Positions 11,582 to 26,800 of a stretch of DNA of 64,000 nt are shown piece after piece. The translations under genes and the position numbers were made by a program. The DNA lies in NCBI GenBank assembly GCA_965603825.1, contig CBFDEM010000007.1, positions 1-64,000 on the forward strand. The letters run 5' to 3'. Under the pieces are notes generated by a model, which was not told where the DNA came from, made no database searches, and saw only the letters and a program-made list of their open reading frames with translations. Numbering within the stretch: the first letter of the stretch is position 1; each line of letters opens with the position of its first letter. Origin of the DNA: Blepharisma stoltei ATCC 30299. Taxonomy: Eukaryota; Protista; Ciliophora.

Positions 11582-14014
11582 ATGGAAGAGAAAGATAGCA
11601 AAACTTCTAAATCACCACAAAAATGAATTCAGCGCCTTTCCTGCTTTGCAAAGCCAAAATCTTCTCATGAAAGAAATACTTTATATTTAATCAAGCATTT
11701 TAGACAAAAACCTAAAGGAATAAAAGGAAATAAATCATCAAACTTAGATATTTATTTGTCAGAAAAGATTATCAATTATATCAGAAATTTAGACAGCATT
11801 TCTTCAGTTAAATCTTCTTATTTCAATAATCTCAACTTTTCTAATCAACCACAAATCACAAGACATTTTCATCAGATCCTTTCAGAAGGCGACAAACAAA
11901 GATTTTACAAAATTATGCTTCTTTCTCGAGAATTAGACGGAATTTATTTAGCATCAAGCAATGTTGCAACAATTTTGAATAAAAGCGGATTTTCCTTTGA
12001 CAATCAAAATTTGCAAAATATTAAAATTCCTTATGCAGACTTATCAAATAACTCTTTTATTAAAACAAATTTTTCCAATAGTGATTTGAGGTATGTAGAT
12101 TTTACTTCCTCATTGGTAGCTTTTTCTGATTTCTCTAACTGCAAAATGAGCGAATCAAAACTAGAAATAGCAATTTTTGAGCCAAAAGATAGAGAAGTTG
12201 TCGAAAAAATCACTATTTCAAAATGCGAAAAATATGTTGCATCACTTAACTCAATGAAAATTTTAGCTAAAAGGTGTTTTGTAAGTATATTTTCAGTTGA
12301 TCAATCAATCGAAATAAATTATTTGCAGCTCGCTAATTATAGAATAGAAATCTCTGATATAAAATTCTCATCGTATTCTTCGGCCCTTTATATTTTATAT
12401 TGTAAAGAAGAGCTTGTGATATGAGATTTCATTGAAAACACAAGTAAAGTTATAAAATTAGAAAATAAAATACCTTCTTTAATGTCAGCATTTAGCGATT
12501 ATATGCTAGCATATTCAATTCCTGGCTTTATTAAAGTTATATCATTATTTGGATTTCAAACTATATGGCAAGTTAAAGCAGGGAAAAAATTAGGCTATCA
12601 AGTAAAAAATATTAGTGATAAATTTTTACTCGGAAAAAAAGGAAATTCCATAAAACACACAATTTGATCTATTGAATTAGGGATTAAATATAAAAAAGTC
12701 AAAGCCGAATTCATGAGATTTTGTGGTGATTTTTATATCACAATTAATAAAGATGTCCTTGAGATAGTAAAGTTGGATTCTGGCGAGTCTATCTGAAAAA
12801 TAAGAGACCCCAATTATAAATATATTTCAGCAGGTAATAATTTTTTGGCTTCTTTCAAAGGCAATGAAATATTAATAATTGATATTCAAAAGCAGGCTTT
12901 ATTGGAATATTCTTATTTTAATGAGTTTTGGCATAATAACGGGTGATTAAATCTATTCAAAACAGGCTTTTTTGGATTAAAAAATGACACAAAGATCTTA
13001 AAACTTTCTAATTTCTCTGATACAATTAAACCAAGAAAATGCAATAATACAATTTCCTCAATGTTTTGTACAGAAAACACAATTACTGTCTTTTGATTAG
13101 GCCTTATGAAAATAATAAACATTGATACTAAGGAAGTCACAATTTTAAGCATTCCAAATAGCCTTCAACCAAAAAGTATGGTATGTTCTGATGACATGTG
13201 CATTTTTTATATTGATAGCGTTATTGAAATCTGAAGTTTGCAAGCTCAAAAATTAATAAAACAAATTAAAACTTTTGAACGATGTAGCGGTGTACAACTT
13301 TCTTTAGATAAAAAACAATTTTCTTTAAATTTTCATTCAAAAAAATCATTTTTAATTTACAGCATTGAATCAGGCGAAATAATCCATACAATAAAATATG
13401 ATAATGTATACATTACCTGCTATAGATTTTCAGGAAAGCATTTAATTTTCAAAATAAACAAAAAAATTGTAATATGAGATCAAGAAAATGAGAATTGTGA
13501 GTATGTACACACTGGTTTTAATATAAAAGATATTGAGATCTCTCCTTGTGGAAGATGGGCAGCATTCCACAATGAAATTAAAAAAAATGAGGTAATACTC
13601 TTTAGTATTGATACTAAATTATTTACAGTGATCGCTCATGGAAAAGATGAGCTTATTAACGATTTTTTACACTTTTCGCCATGCGGGAATTATTTAGCAA
13701 TTGCAAGTGCTTACAATATTATGATATGAGAGTCTGCAACTGGTATTAAAATTGCAAAAACTGGAGGAGTATTTCCAGAAATTCAAAAATTTTCTTATTC
13801 TGAGTGTGGAAAATATATTGCTTCATATGTAAAAGAAGATTTAATATTAATTTGGAATGCTGAAGAAGGCTTAGGACAGTTTAAAGCAGGGAATGGGGTA
13901 GATTTAGATATTAATTTAAGCCTAGATCGAGCTATAATAGCAAATGCAACTGTTTTTTCAGGAAATATCTTTTCTGAAATTTCTTATGTAGACGAGATAA
14001 AACATATTAAATAA
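11582..14014 (+). CDS. Pentapeptide-repeat + WD40-repeat protein, 810 aa (TGA=Trp)
   Basis: One frame from ATG 11582 to TAA 14012-14014, interrupted only by TGA, often at WD positions (IWD, IWS, IWE); contains the ASSNVATILNKSGFSF..NLQNIKIPYADLS..TNF..SDL..VDF pentapeptide motif and FSPCGNYLA. Confidence 0.9.
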
Positions 14015-15004
14015 TAAACACCAACTCTCTTTGTGGTAAAAATAAATAACTTATTATAAAGAGTGAGCCTTATAGTGAGCAATAAAAAGCTAAAACTGCA
14101 AATACAAAAGAAGTGACTTGAATGAGATAGTAAGCTCACCTTCTCTCTATATAAGGACTTGAATCAATTGAAACGCAAGATGCCGCCATTAGATGTAAAA
14201 ATTTAATTGATAAATTCATATAATAAGTCTATTTATTTTTCAATTCTATTTTATATCCTTGCTATATTATCCAATAATTCTGCAATATCTCAAAAGAATT
14301 AAAACATTATCTAATAAGTCAGCTTGAAGTTGTAATTGAAAGAAAATAATATATTACAAAGCCCTGTAAAATCTAGATTAATTTATGATTCGAACTAAAG
14401 CAGAATGCAATTTAAAATAGCTGATATTACTTGCTTTCTCCCAAAAGAAAAGTGTATTGAATGAAACCAAAAGAAAAATAAGATTTTTATTTATGACACT
14501 AATATATCAATGTTGGTATGCCATGAAATGAGCAAAAATAATCAATATATAGACTTAGTTAGCACATTATGCAAGCTTTCCGACTTCATGAAATTTTAAA
14601 TTAGTTGTTTTAGATTGGAATAATTTACAAAACAATAGCTGATGCTAAATTTACTCAAACTGATAAAATTTTATAAGATATGGAAGATTTTCTGATTCTG
14701 AGTATGAGTATATTACTTCACGCTTATAAAATGATGTATTTTTGATTTGAAATATAAAAGAATTTTATTTTTGATGATAATGGATTAGTGAAATCAAAAC
14801 ACTATGAGGAGGGACAAAGCCATAATTTTCAATTATTATTTGAGGTGAATTTGAGTATATGTGCTATTGAAGCGTTATTTTATAAAATTTTAAATATCTC
14901 CTATATATTTAGCATACTTATTACAAAAAAATTAATTTCTTATTAAGCAAAAGATCTTTGAATTCAACTCCATTTCTGGTGAAATATAAAAAATAATTAC
15001 TATA

Positions 15005-17428
15005 ATGGAAGAGAAACCTTATCAAACTTCTAAATCACCACAAAAACTAATTCAGCACATTCCCTGCTTTACAAAACAAAAATCTTCTAATGAAAGAAAT
15101 ACTTTATATTTAATTAAGTATTTTAAAGACAAGCCTAAAGGAATAAAAGAAAATAAATCATCAAATTTAGAGATCTATTTGTCAGAAAAGATTCTCAATG
15201 ATATCAGAAATTTAGACAGCATTTCTTCAGTTAAATCTTCCTATTTCAATAATCTCAACTTTTCTAATCAACCACAAATTACAAGACATTTTCACCAGAC
15301 CCTTTCAGAAGGCGACAAACAAAGATTTTACAAAATTATGCTTCTTTCTCGAGAATTAGACGGAATTTATTTAGCATCAAGCAATGCTGCAACAATTTTG
15401 AATAAAAGTGGATTTTCCTTTGACAATCAAAATTTGCAAAATATCAAAATTCCTTATGCGGACTTATCAAATAACTCTTTTATTAGAACGAATTTTTCAA
15501 ATAGTGATCTGAGGTATATAGATTTTACTTCCTCATTGGTAACTTTTTCTGATTTCTCTAACTGCAAAATGAGCAAATCAAAACTAGAAATAGCAATTTT
15601 TGAGCCAGAAGTTGTAGAAAAAATCACTATTTCAAAATGTGAAAAATATGTTGCATCACTTAACTCAATGAAAATTTTAGCTAAGAGGTGTTTTGTAAGT
15701 ATATTTTCAGTTGATCAATCAATCGAAATAAATTCTTTACAGCTCTCTAATTATAGAATAGAAATCTCTGATATAAAATTCTCATCATATTCTTCGATCC
15801 TTTATATTTTATATTGCAAAGAAGAGCTTGTGATATGAGATTTCATTGAAAACACAAGTAAAGTTATAAAATTAGAAAATAAAATACCTTCTTTAATGTC
15901 AGCCTTTAGCGATTATATGCTAGCATATTCAATTCCTGGCTTTATTAAAGTTATATCATTATTTGGATTTCAAACTATATGGCAAGTAAAAGCAGGGAAA
16001 AAATTAGGCTATCAAGTAAAAAATATTAGCGATAAATTTTTACTTGGCAAAAAAGGAAATTCCATAAAACACACAATTTGATCTATTGAATTAGGGATTA
16101 AATATAAAAAAGTCAAAGCCGAATTCATGAGTTTTTGTGGTGATTTTTATATCACAATTAATAAAGATGTCCTTGAGATAGTAAAGTTGGATTCTGGCGA
16201 GTCTATCTGAAAAATAAGAGACCCCAATTATAAATATATTTCAGCAGATAATAGTTTATTGGCTTCTTTGAAAGGTAATGAAATATGAATAATTAACATT
16301 CAAAAGCAGGCTTTATTGGAATATTCTTATTTTAATGAGTACTGGCATAATAATGGGTGTTTAAATCTATTCAAAGCAGGCATGTTTGGATTAAAAAATG
16401 ACACAAAAATCTTAAAACCTTCTAATTTCTCTGATACAATTAAACCAAGAAAATGCAATGATACAATTTTCTCAATGTTTTTTACAGAAAACAGAATTAC
16501 TGTCTTTTGATTAGGCTTTATGAAAATAATAAACGTTGAAACTAATAAAGTCACGATTTTAAATATTCCAAATAGCCTTCAACCCAAAAATATGGCGTGC
16601 TCTGATGACATATGCATTTTTTATATTAACAGCATTATTGAAATCTGAAGTTTGCAAGCTCCAAAATGAATAAAACAAATTAAAAATTATGAATGATGCA
16701 GCGATTTACAACTTTCTTTAGAAAAAAAGCAATTTTCTTTAAATTTTTATTCAAAAAAATCATTTTTAATTTACAGCATTGAATCTGGCGAAGTAGTCCA
16801 TACAATAAAATATGATAATGAATACATTACCTGCTATAGATTTTCAGGAAAGCATTTAATTTTCAAAATAATCAACAAAATTGCAATATGAGACCAAGAA
16901 AATGAGAATTGTGAGTATATCCACACTGGCTTTTCTATCAAAAATATTGAGGCCTCTCCTTGTGGAAGATGGGCAGCATTCCACAATGAAATTGAAAAAA
17001 ATGAGGCAATACTTTTAAATATTGATACTAAATTATTTACAGTGATCGCTCATGAAAAAGATGAGCTTAATAACGATTTTTCACACTTTTCACCATGCGG
17101 GAATTATTTAGCAACTGCAAGTGCTTACAATATTATGATATGAGAGTCTGCAACTGGTATTAAAATTGCAAAAACTGGAGGAGCATTTCCAGAAATTCAA
17201 AAATTTTCTTATTCTGAGTGTGGAAAATATATTGCTTCATATGTAAAAGGAGATTTAATATTATTTTGGAATGTTGAAGAAGGCTTAAGACAGTTTAAAG
17301 CAGGGAATGGGGTAGATTTAGATATTAATTTAAGCCTAGATCGGGCTATAATAGCAAATGCAACTGTTTTTTCAGGAAATATCTTTTCTGAGGTTTCTTA
17401 TGTAGATGAGATAAAACATATTAAATAA
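15005..17428 (+). CDS. Pentapeptide-repeat + WD40-repeat protein, 807 aa (TGA=Trp), tandem duplicate
   Basis: Close copy of 11582-14014 with a 9-nt in-frame deletion (KDR); ends ...EIKHIK TAA. Confidence 0.9.
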
Positions 17429-18435
17429 TAAATTAAATCAAATTAAAATAATATTACTTTAATGTATTAAATTGATAAGTATTTTAATTATCTTAGTTTT
17501 ATAAAACTTTATAAGATATTTTTGATGACAATTGAATTGTTTTGTATTGCCTTAAAAATAGCTTATTGGTTTTAGATTTTCTTGAAGTATCTTTGCAAAG
17601 TAACTAAATAATAAGAAATTAAATAGAGATTTATTAAAATTATGAGCAATTTCGTCTATGGATCCTCAATAGCATTCTCAAAATCAAAATATTGCACCTT
17701 AATTTTTATAAAGTTGAATACTTCCTTTTAAAAATAGCAACGGACTTTAAATACCATTTTGCTGCTTTCGGACATAAAATTTATGTTGAGAAACAAAATT
17801 CATATCAAAAGCTTAATTATTAATTATCTTAAAATACTTTCTAAAAGTTTTATTTCATGAGACTAATCTCACCTTTTACATGCGCTGCATATTTCGAAAT
17901 AAAACTCAAATTACCTCGTTATGGATTCCTAATTTCTTTTTTCATGAAAGACTTCTTTAATTAAGAAGCTACAAATTAAAGCAAGCAAAATTTTTTCGCA
18001 AAATAAATGAATATTTAATTGAGGTCACAATTTTATGTGAAATGTTAAATTTTTTATAAAATTATCTACTATCTCCGAATAAGTTTTTTCTAGCCTGACT
18101 TATAATTTTTTTATCAAATAAATTATCCTTTTTAAAAAGCCTATAAACAAAAAATTATAATTTTTTTATTTGCTATAATTATGGATTCTAACTTTTTCGT
18201 TTTTCTAAAGAATTTATACTTTTAAAATGCATAGTTATTTTTGATCCTTGAAAGAGAATTAAGTTACCATAAGCTTAGGAAGATAGTAGGCTTGATAAAC
18301 TCAGCTAGAACTTGAGGCGTCTCAAGATGAGAGGACTAATGAGCTGAAAAATCTGAGTTAATTGCTATAGCATCATTCTAAAACTGTTTTAATAAAGAAA
18401 ATGCTAATTAATATTAGAAAATATTTGTTTAGGAT

Positions 18436-21400
18436 TTAAATAACGAGATTGTTACTTGTAGTACCCACGGTACTTGAGGGCGCAACAACCACAGAGTTCG
18501 TTATATCACTGTCTATAGAGTCTATAGCATAACCATTTGCATCAAAAGTGGTTATGGATGTAAAACAAGTTAATAAAGTTTCAGAGGGGGAGGATGGGAC
18601 CAAATGGAGCAATTTCACAATAACAGAAGATCCTGCAGCAATTTGAGAAAAATTAGACAAAGTGACGACTGCAGTACTTGTTACTGTACATGTTTGCTTC
18701 TTAGTTGAGGATTGATCAATAAATCCTACCCCTTGGCAAGTTGTGACAAAAGGAGGTGATAGCTGCAAGTTCCAAGTGTCTGGTGCCAGAGCAATCATAA
18801 TTAGTCCACCTGTAGGAATAGAATTTGGAATTGTAAATCTGAGTGTGAGGGTAGAATCAACTGAGTCTGGACCTTGGGTATAAGGCTTATCCATTGTGCA
18901 GCTGTCAAAATGAATTTTTCCAGGCTTTACTGTTACTTTAAATGGATGTGATAGTGATGATAATTTGCATTTGCTACCTGTTAAACTGCTTGCTATAAAT
19001 AGAGTGAGTGTTCCAGTGCCAACTGATGATGATCCTGTAGACAATGGAGCATTTAGGCCGATTGAAATTATGTTCTCACTACTGTGAGTAAATACCATGC
19101 TGCTTGAGAGCGGAGCAATCATAAATCCTCCTATAAATGAACTACTTGAGAACTGACACTATAAATGTCTGCAGAAGCTGAGCCTAAGGTCAATTTAGTA
19201 GACGAAGAAGTAAAGCCTGCAGGTATTCCAATTCCAATCCAGCCTTGATTTATGTCTTGCATTAACAAAGTGTCATCTTTTGCGGATATTATTGTAGTAA
19301 CAGAAGCTTGCCCAACAAAGTAATCTCCACTTGAAGGACTTGTTACTTCTAATGTTGCAAAATTATTAGGAAATCAAAGTGTGACACCTGAGCTTGATCC
19401 AGTATATAGAATCATTTTATTGACTGGATCAGCTCCATCTACGAGATAATAGAAAGTTTGTGTTGTATAATAGCCTGTACTTGTATCACTTCCATTAGGC
19501 AGCAATATTTTGACTGACTCACCTGAGTTAACAAATCCAAGCCCAGAAATGGTCACTGTTGCCGTCAATGCACTAATAGTCACCTTTGGAGTAACCCCAG
19601 GCGTGGTTGAAGTTGCAGGAATTTGCCCACCGTCAATAGCATCAGGTCATATGTCGCTTGGACTTATATCATCAAATACAACATCTAGGTAATAATGATT
19701 TGTCGTATCCCCGAAGTCGAAATCCATATTCAAAGCGTGATAATTTGCATAAATTGGAATTCCACCTAAATTATTATAGCATAATTGATTAAAAGTTAAA
19801 CTAGAATCAAATTGTGGTGTAAGTACTGAGAAAACATAGCTGGAAAATTCAGTTATTGAATTACTTGTTGAAGATGTAGCCTTTGCCCAACACTCATAAA
19901 AAGTAGCCACATTTGAACTTACAAATGGTAATGCGATCGACCTATCTCCGGCATTCCCAAATGAAAACGCGAAAAATGGATTTTGTGTAGTTGTAGGGTA
20001 ATTTCCCGAAGTAAAGAAGATAGAAATAGATCCAGGATTTCCAGGATAAAAGTTATGTGCATTGAAAGAGGACTCAAGTTTCCCTCCACTTGCGGTTAAT
20101 ATAGCTTCAGAATATTGGGCGGATGGGCTTATATAGCTTTGAAGTAGCTGAACACCTGATCTAGAAAATGGCAAATTGACTCTCAATATAGTTGTTATAT
20201 CCCAACTAGTTGCTGGTTTAATATATCACATTAAATATTGATCATATCCTCCTATTTGTTTTCCTATAGGGAATATACCATCAGGAGGCATGATATTTGT
20301 ATCATTTGCAAAAAATTGGAAATTACTCATGCTTACATAATTCAAATTCGAAGGGTTAAATTCCCACATATATATAGACGTGCATTTATCAATAATCGTA
20401 GAAAAAGTTGCATCATAAGTTGCTATTTCGTTAATTCCTGCCCCTGGGTATAATTTTGTTAATAAGGTGATTGATATTGCTGAATTCGCTGATAAAGTAG
20501 CGCCATTGGATAGAGTTATAACCACCGAGTGACCAATAAGTCCACATGAAACATTATGCATGTAGGTATTCATATAGCATTTGCCTTGTGTTGCACAGCT
20601 ATTTGGATCTCTATAATTGAACCACCAGCATCCAGAATAAACATCTGCATTGTCGTTAAAGTGTATATAGATTTTCCCATTTTCAATTGTGTGGGCAGCA
20701 TGAAAAGTCAGCTTAGTAAAGATATAAAATCTATTTCCATTATTTGGGATGTCAGTTGGAGCTAAATTAGTGTTATAAGGAATCCATGAGTCAATTGTAA
20801 CAACTCCTGGAACTGGTGTTAGTGGTCCAGTTCCAGTAAATTGAGCAAGCAAATTAGAAGTACCCCATCTCCAGATTTTCAGATTTCAACTGAAATTGGA
20901 TGATGAAATAGCTGCAAGAGGGAGAATAAAACTAAAAACTTGGAGCTTGATCTGGTAAGGAGAATGTGAGTCAAGGCTGCAGCTATTTATTCGTGCTATC
21001 AAATCTTGAGAAAGCCCATATATATAAATACTGTTTTCCGCATCATAGGTTGATTTCACAGTATTATACCCTCCATTTGCTCCTCCAGACTGAGCTACTG
21101 CACAAGGTAAGCTATTGTCTCCTTTAGGACCTTTTATATAGTTATTAGTGCATGAAAGATCGACAGAAGCACAGGTCGGGCTTGAAGTAACTGTCCAGCG
21201 GCTGTCAGGGACTATTTCAAAAATGTCGTGTTTCCAAAGATTTGTGCCAGCAGGAATTTCAAAAGTAAAGTAAAGCCCATCTGATAAGCCAACAACTGCT
21301 GAGGTAGAGGTTAAAGTGACTGTGTCTACTGCCAAAGAGCCAGAAGAAGGAGTAGAAACTGAGGCTGACACTGCTACATAAGCAAAAAGGTAGTTTGCAT

Positions 21401-21809
21401 CATAAATTTGCCCATTAGCTGAAGTTCTAGTCACTATTTGAAAAGGTCCATAAACTCCGGCAGAAGGTAAATCTGTTGACAGTGTAAATGAAAATGAAGT
21501 ATCTCTATTTGCTATAATTGCCATAGAGCTAGAAGTATAAGTTGTTGTGGTTGAGAAAGTTGATGGCACAGTCACAATAGCATATCCCAAATTCCCAGTC
21601 GTAGGTAAAGATGTTTTAGGTCTGAAATGAACAGTCACAGTAGCATCAGCAGTCCCAGAATTGGTTTGAGAGAGCTCAATAGGATGAGGAGCCCAACTAT
21701 CTTTCCATCAGCTAATTTTTCCAGGATATAAGTAGCTACCTTTGGTAATCATGTATGAATATCCTATAGCGAGTCACATAAAGGCCAGAAAGCTTGTAAG
21801 GCTTTTCAT
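18436..21809 (-). pseudogene. Diverged half-length surface-protein paralogue (~1,120 codons), one -1 frameshift near 19150, no GPI signal
   Basis: Starts MKSLTSFLAFMWLAIG at ATG 21809; the ORF-track pieces join in one frame through TGA codons until a 1-nt deletion relative to the intact gene; ends STVGTTSNNLVI TAA. Confidence 0.8.
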
Positions 21810-23015
21810 ATTTTAATTAAAAATCGAATTTATTTAAAATTGGTATAAGAAAAAGTCCAAAAAAAATAATAATTATTTATTTTTAAATGAGTCAAAGAAA
21901 TTACGTTAAGAAATAACAATTAGTTTACTAGACAAGTGAAAAAAGCGAGCCTTAGAAATTCGATTTTTAAGTTATCATTGCGAAAAATTGTAGAAAGTAT
22001 GGAAGCTTGTAAGTTGAGGAAGAAGAAAAATTCCTCATAAACTCTAAAAGTCAATATATTAAGAAGAACTAAAATATAGTTTCAAAAAAATATACTTTCT
22101 TTCAGGTCTTTTATTATCAAAAATGAATAGTTTCAAACAATATCAGAAAAATCAACTAAAATGTATGTCTTTGAGACCGTGAAAAATTCTGATTTAATAG
22201 ATGATACTTACCGTATCGATTTTAGTCTAGTTGAAAAATTAGATTCATACTTTTCAATCTTAATTATCAGATTTAAAGCTGAAAATTTTCTTAATTTTCA
22301 ACAAATTTGATAATTTATATAATTCATATAGACTATAGATGTCCAAATGACTTAATAATAGGCTAAAGCTTCTTGAACATAAAAGATTTGTTTTCCGCTT
22401 TTTGATATAATAATATTTAAATGCCGCGATAGTTTATTTTTTGATATAAGAACTTTTATATATTTTTAACATTTTTTCTTCTAAAAGGACTGCACAATTA
22501 TAAATTCTAATTTAAAGTATTTCTTTGATTATTTGAATTCATGCTTATAATTAAAATTGGTTATTTTGTGTTATAGTTTGAAAAGGGCATCTTATTAAAA
22601 TAATTTTAAATGGCTAAACTTAGCCAAAACTGTGTTTCTTAGTGCTCTCAAATGCTTTATTTTACTCTTAATGCTCAAATAGTATTATCTAATGGAAACC
22701 TAATTTAAAGAAATTCATTATGAATCGTTTCTATTATTAATTTTGATAAAATAAAAATATTAGCTTCTTAATAAGAAAGTTAATCGAATAGCCTGTAAAT
22801 CTTGGTATAAGCTTTTTATTGATTAGCATTACCCTAATTTTGACTTTCTGTCTTAGATCAAGTCGATTATTATCAATCAAGGAACGTATTCAAAATTTGA
22901 AAAGAAAATTAACGGTTTTGTATACTGTTAAACGAGGAGAGCTAGCCAGAACTAGCAGATATTAGTCTATATCTCCGTCTATTTAAATTGAATGCTTTTT
23001 TCCAAATACTTTTTC

Positions 23016-23234
23016 TTATGGATTCCACAAGGGCATTAATATTCCAATTGTCTTGAGTATCTGTTCGGCCATAATGACTTTTCTGAGATTTGCTAATATT
23101 CTCTCATTTTTGGGCACTTTTAATACAGCCTTTGAAGCTGTGACTAGTCTCTCTCTTAACTCTTTACGATTAGTGCATTTTTTTATTATCTTCAATTGAA
23201 GATATAATTCATGCCTAGTAGCGGAAGAATTCAT
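23016..23234 (-). CDS. Hypothetical 72-aa basic protein
   Basis: ATG-TAA ORF with helical, protein-like composition in an AT-rich intergenic region; no recognisable motif. Confidence 0.3.
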   Translation of the reverse strand: MNSSATRHELYLQLKIIKKCTNRKELRERLVTASKAVLKVPKNERILANLRKVIMAEQILKTIGILMPLWNP

Positions 23235-23883
23235 CTAATTATAAGTATAGGGAAAACTTAAGTTTTATTGAAGTTTTCTACACTTCTAAAGCAAACTTTT
23301 TTACAAGATTCTTCGTATTATGATTTTATCCTTATTTTATATTACATTTTCTTGCTAAAAGTTATAAATCTTAATTTAAATTTCTTTCGATATAAAAAGG
23401 AAAATATTTAATAATCGAATTTATAAGCAAAAGTTAAGGCCATGCTGAAGCGCTTATCTTTTATTAATTAATAATGCATATGCAGGCTAAAATTAAGCAA
23501 CTGCCATTACCTCGGCCAAATTTTAATCAAAAACTCAGCAATTTATATTTTTGCTATAGTATTTTTACAAGCAAAACACAAAATATCCGATAGAATTCTA
23601 ATTGCTTTCCTTTCCTCAAACCTTTTGTATTACAAAAAACTTGCAATTTTATGATATATACTTTAAGCTTCTTTTTTATTTGCGTAAAAGTTACAAATAA
23701 TTTTTTCCTTTATTCTCATCTGGGAATAAAGTATTTTTATTAATTTATTATCATAGACTTTCTATTTTTAGCTCTCATGCCTTATATAATCGAGATATGT
23801 ATTTTTATACCCAATATTAAAATAAAATTTTCTCAGGTCATTTCCCGAGCGCATTTAAACCAATTAGAATTATTCAGCCCAAA

Positions 23884-26800
23884 ACCAAAATTTTGATATG
23901 CTTTATCGCTTTGATTTGGCTAAATTTTGCAAATTCCAATATTACCTTGAAAAACTGAGGCTTTAGTCCTGGCAAAATAATCTGATGGCAAAGCAAATGA
24001 GTTTCTAGTCCTATAGAACTTAGCCAAGCTAACTCTGGGACTAGCGAAGTTTTATTAACTCTCAATTTTAGACCTTCTACTACAATAAACACTACTAGAA
24101 ATTTGGGAATAGTCCAATTGATCGTCCCATCAAGCTTCTCAAGCACTACAACATATACATCAAACTCAATCGCAATAATAGGAAACAGAGATATGACGCT
24201 ACAATTTGCTTTATCGACTCCCTTGCCTTCTGCAGGCATCTATGGGCCATTTCAAGTGATTACTAGATCTTCCCCAAATGGAAAAATTTATGATGCAAAC
24301 TACTTATTTGGTTGTGTTCTAGTTTCTGCCTCAGTCTCAAGTTCATCTTATATGACAACAACTGCTGCTACATTAACCTCTACAACTGTCATTGTTGGCT
24401 CAAAAGATGACATTATTTTTTCCTTTGTAGTCCCCGCTAGCCTCAATCTTTGAAAGCATGACATTTTTGAAATAATTCCTGATTCCCATTGAACTGTCTC
24501 TACAAACCCTACATGTGCATCAGTTGACATTCCTTCTGTAACCAATTATATTAAAGGGCCTAAAAATGATAATTCTTTGCCCTGTACTATTGCTGATTCT
24601 GATAGAACAAATGGATGATTAAATCCTTCAGCATCTAGCATTTACATATATGGGCTTTTTCAAGACGTGATTATTAATTCAAGCTACCAAATTAAGCTTA
24701 AAGTCTCCTCCTTCACATTTCCATCATCGTCTATTCCATCTTCAAGCTACAGTTGGACACTAAAAATATGAAGATGGGGAACAAGCAATTTAATCGCCCA
24801 ATACACTTGTAGTGGACCTATAACCCCAGTTCCTGGAATAATTGCAGTAACTTCATGAGCTCCTTATAATACTAATGTCCTTCCTACTGACATCCCAAGC
24901 AGCAATTCTTTTTCAATCTTCACAAAGCTGACTTTTCAAATCTCCCATGCAATTTCATCAGGAATAATCACTGTCACATTTTTAAACGTAGACATATTGT
25001 CTGAATATTGGTATCATGATATTGGAGATCCTAGCTCTGGAATATCTGGGCTGTGCTATTTGAATAATTATATCCCTGGAACTACTTGTGATGTTTTATA
25101 TGACAATTCAGCTGTTATTTCTATAAACGGAGCTCCTTTGGCAGCTTCTTCGTTTATTTCAATTACAGTTTTGGCCAAGCTAAATACAGGCGCTCAAGTT
25201 GCCTCAATAATAAGCAATGATGGGACTGCAGATATTGATGTCTTGGCTTCAGTTTATTTTTGGCAATTCGGAAATTCTTTATCTATGACTGATTTCAAGT
25301 TTTATGCAAACAATAACAAAAAGTTTTATGGAGACTTTTTTATTTATAGCGGTATGCAAGTAGGGGGTAATCTGTGATTTGGATTTCTATCATGATTTTT
25401 TCAACCATCAACAACCTGGACAGCTGGGACTAAATTGGTTGTTTATTTGCCTTTCTCTAATTCAGAAGTGCAGATAAATCAGACTTTTATTAAGACTACC
25501 GCAGAATATTTTGATACGGCATTAACTGATACCGCCAATAACTATTTTCTTACTTCAGCATCTGTAGGTATTGCAAACAATATTGCTGGCTCTCCAGGAT
25601 TAATTTCAATTACATTTACTGGAAATACTTCTCCAGGAATAGAAGGCTCCTATCCATACTTTTTCTTTGTTTATGGAATTCCATCAGATAGTAGCGATAC
25701 CAAAACGACTGCTCTTCCTTTTGCTCAATCAAATATCGCCACTTTTTATGAGTGCTGAGCAAAGGTCTTTCCACCTGGAAGTTCAACAGCTACTGAGTTC
25801 TACAATTATGTTTTCTCAGTCATGTCTATACAAAATGATGGTGAATTTATGGTTGATCATATATGCAGAGGCAAAGCTGCTGGAATCCCTATTATGGCTG
25901 TTTATCACGCTTTAAATCGAGAATTCGATTTTGATGACCACGCAAATCATTATTATTTCGAGCTTATATTTACTGATGGAGTCTCTGCTAATTTAGGTTC
26001 TGGCTTAGTAGATGGTAGTGATTTTCCAGTGATTTCTACATCCCCATTAATTACTCCTAAGGCCACAATCAGTTCAAATACAGTAACTATCTCAAGCCTT
26101 GGATATGTCAGCAGCGGCGGCACTGTAACTCTATTTCTGCCGATTGATGCACCGACTAAGACATTTTTAAATGTAGATATAAATTTTTATTATGTCCTAG
26201 ATGGAGTAGACCCAAATATCAAGATGAACCTGTATCGTTGAAGACTATCATTGGGAGTTGGCACTGATATTCCCTCAGAAACATTAGTAATAAATCCAGC
26301 AAGCTATACAGTTGGAGAGCCAGCAGATCCTGCAAGCGTATATGTCACTTTCCCATCAATTACAACGATTTCAGTAGGCGATTGAGTTGGAATTGGCTTG
26401 CCTCCAGGTTTCACATTGTCATCTTCATATTCGCTAACTTTAGATGGCGTGCCGTCAACTTCTTATTCTGTATCATCGTCAAGCAGCTCATTTTCTGGAG
26501 GATTTATAATAGGAACTTTTCCCAATGATATCACAATTTTAGGCTCAGAGCCATCAGAATTAATAATTAGTGGCATGATTCCTCCTTTGACGACAGGATT
26601 ATCTAGTGACGGCGCATCTTTAAATTTTGTGCTTTATATAGCATCACCCCCATCACCATGAGCAGCGAAATGCAAATCAATAATGAATATACCGTCAATA
26701 GTCAATGGAGGAACAATTATAGGAGACACCTGTACTGTTGATAAACCATACACTCTAGGTTTAGATTCAGTAGACTCCACGATGACTTTATTACTGCTAA

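Larger units (their letters stand above)
10530..17430 (+). repeat. Tandem duplication, two units of ~3.4-3.5 kb (~10530-14016 and ~14017-17430)
   Basis: The unit start AAACRCCAACTCTCTT recurs immediately after the first gene's stop codon; upstream non-coding DNA is colinear. Confidence 0.85.

Noticed and set aside
13592-13605. Possible tiny intron GTAATACTCTTTAG in the first WD40 gene
   Set aside because: Only 14 nt, removal would break the frame, and the duplicate has GC...AA at the same site.
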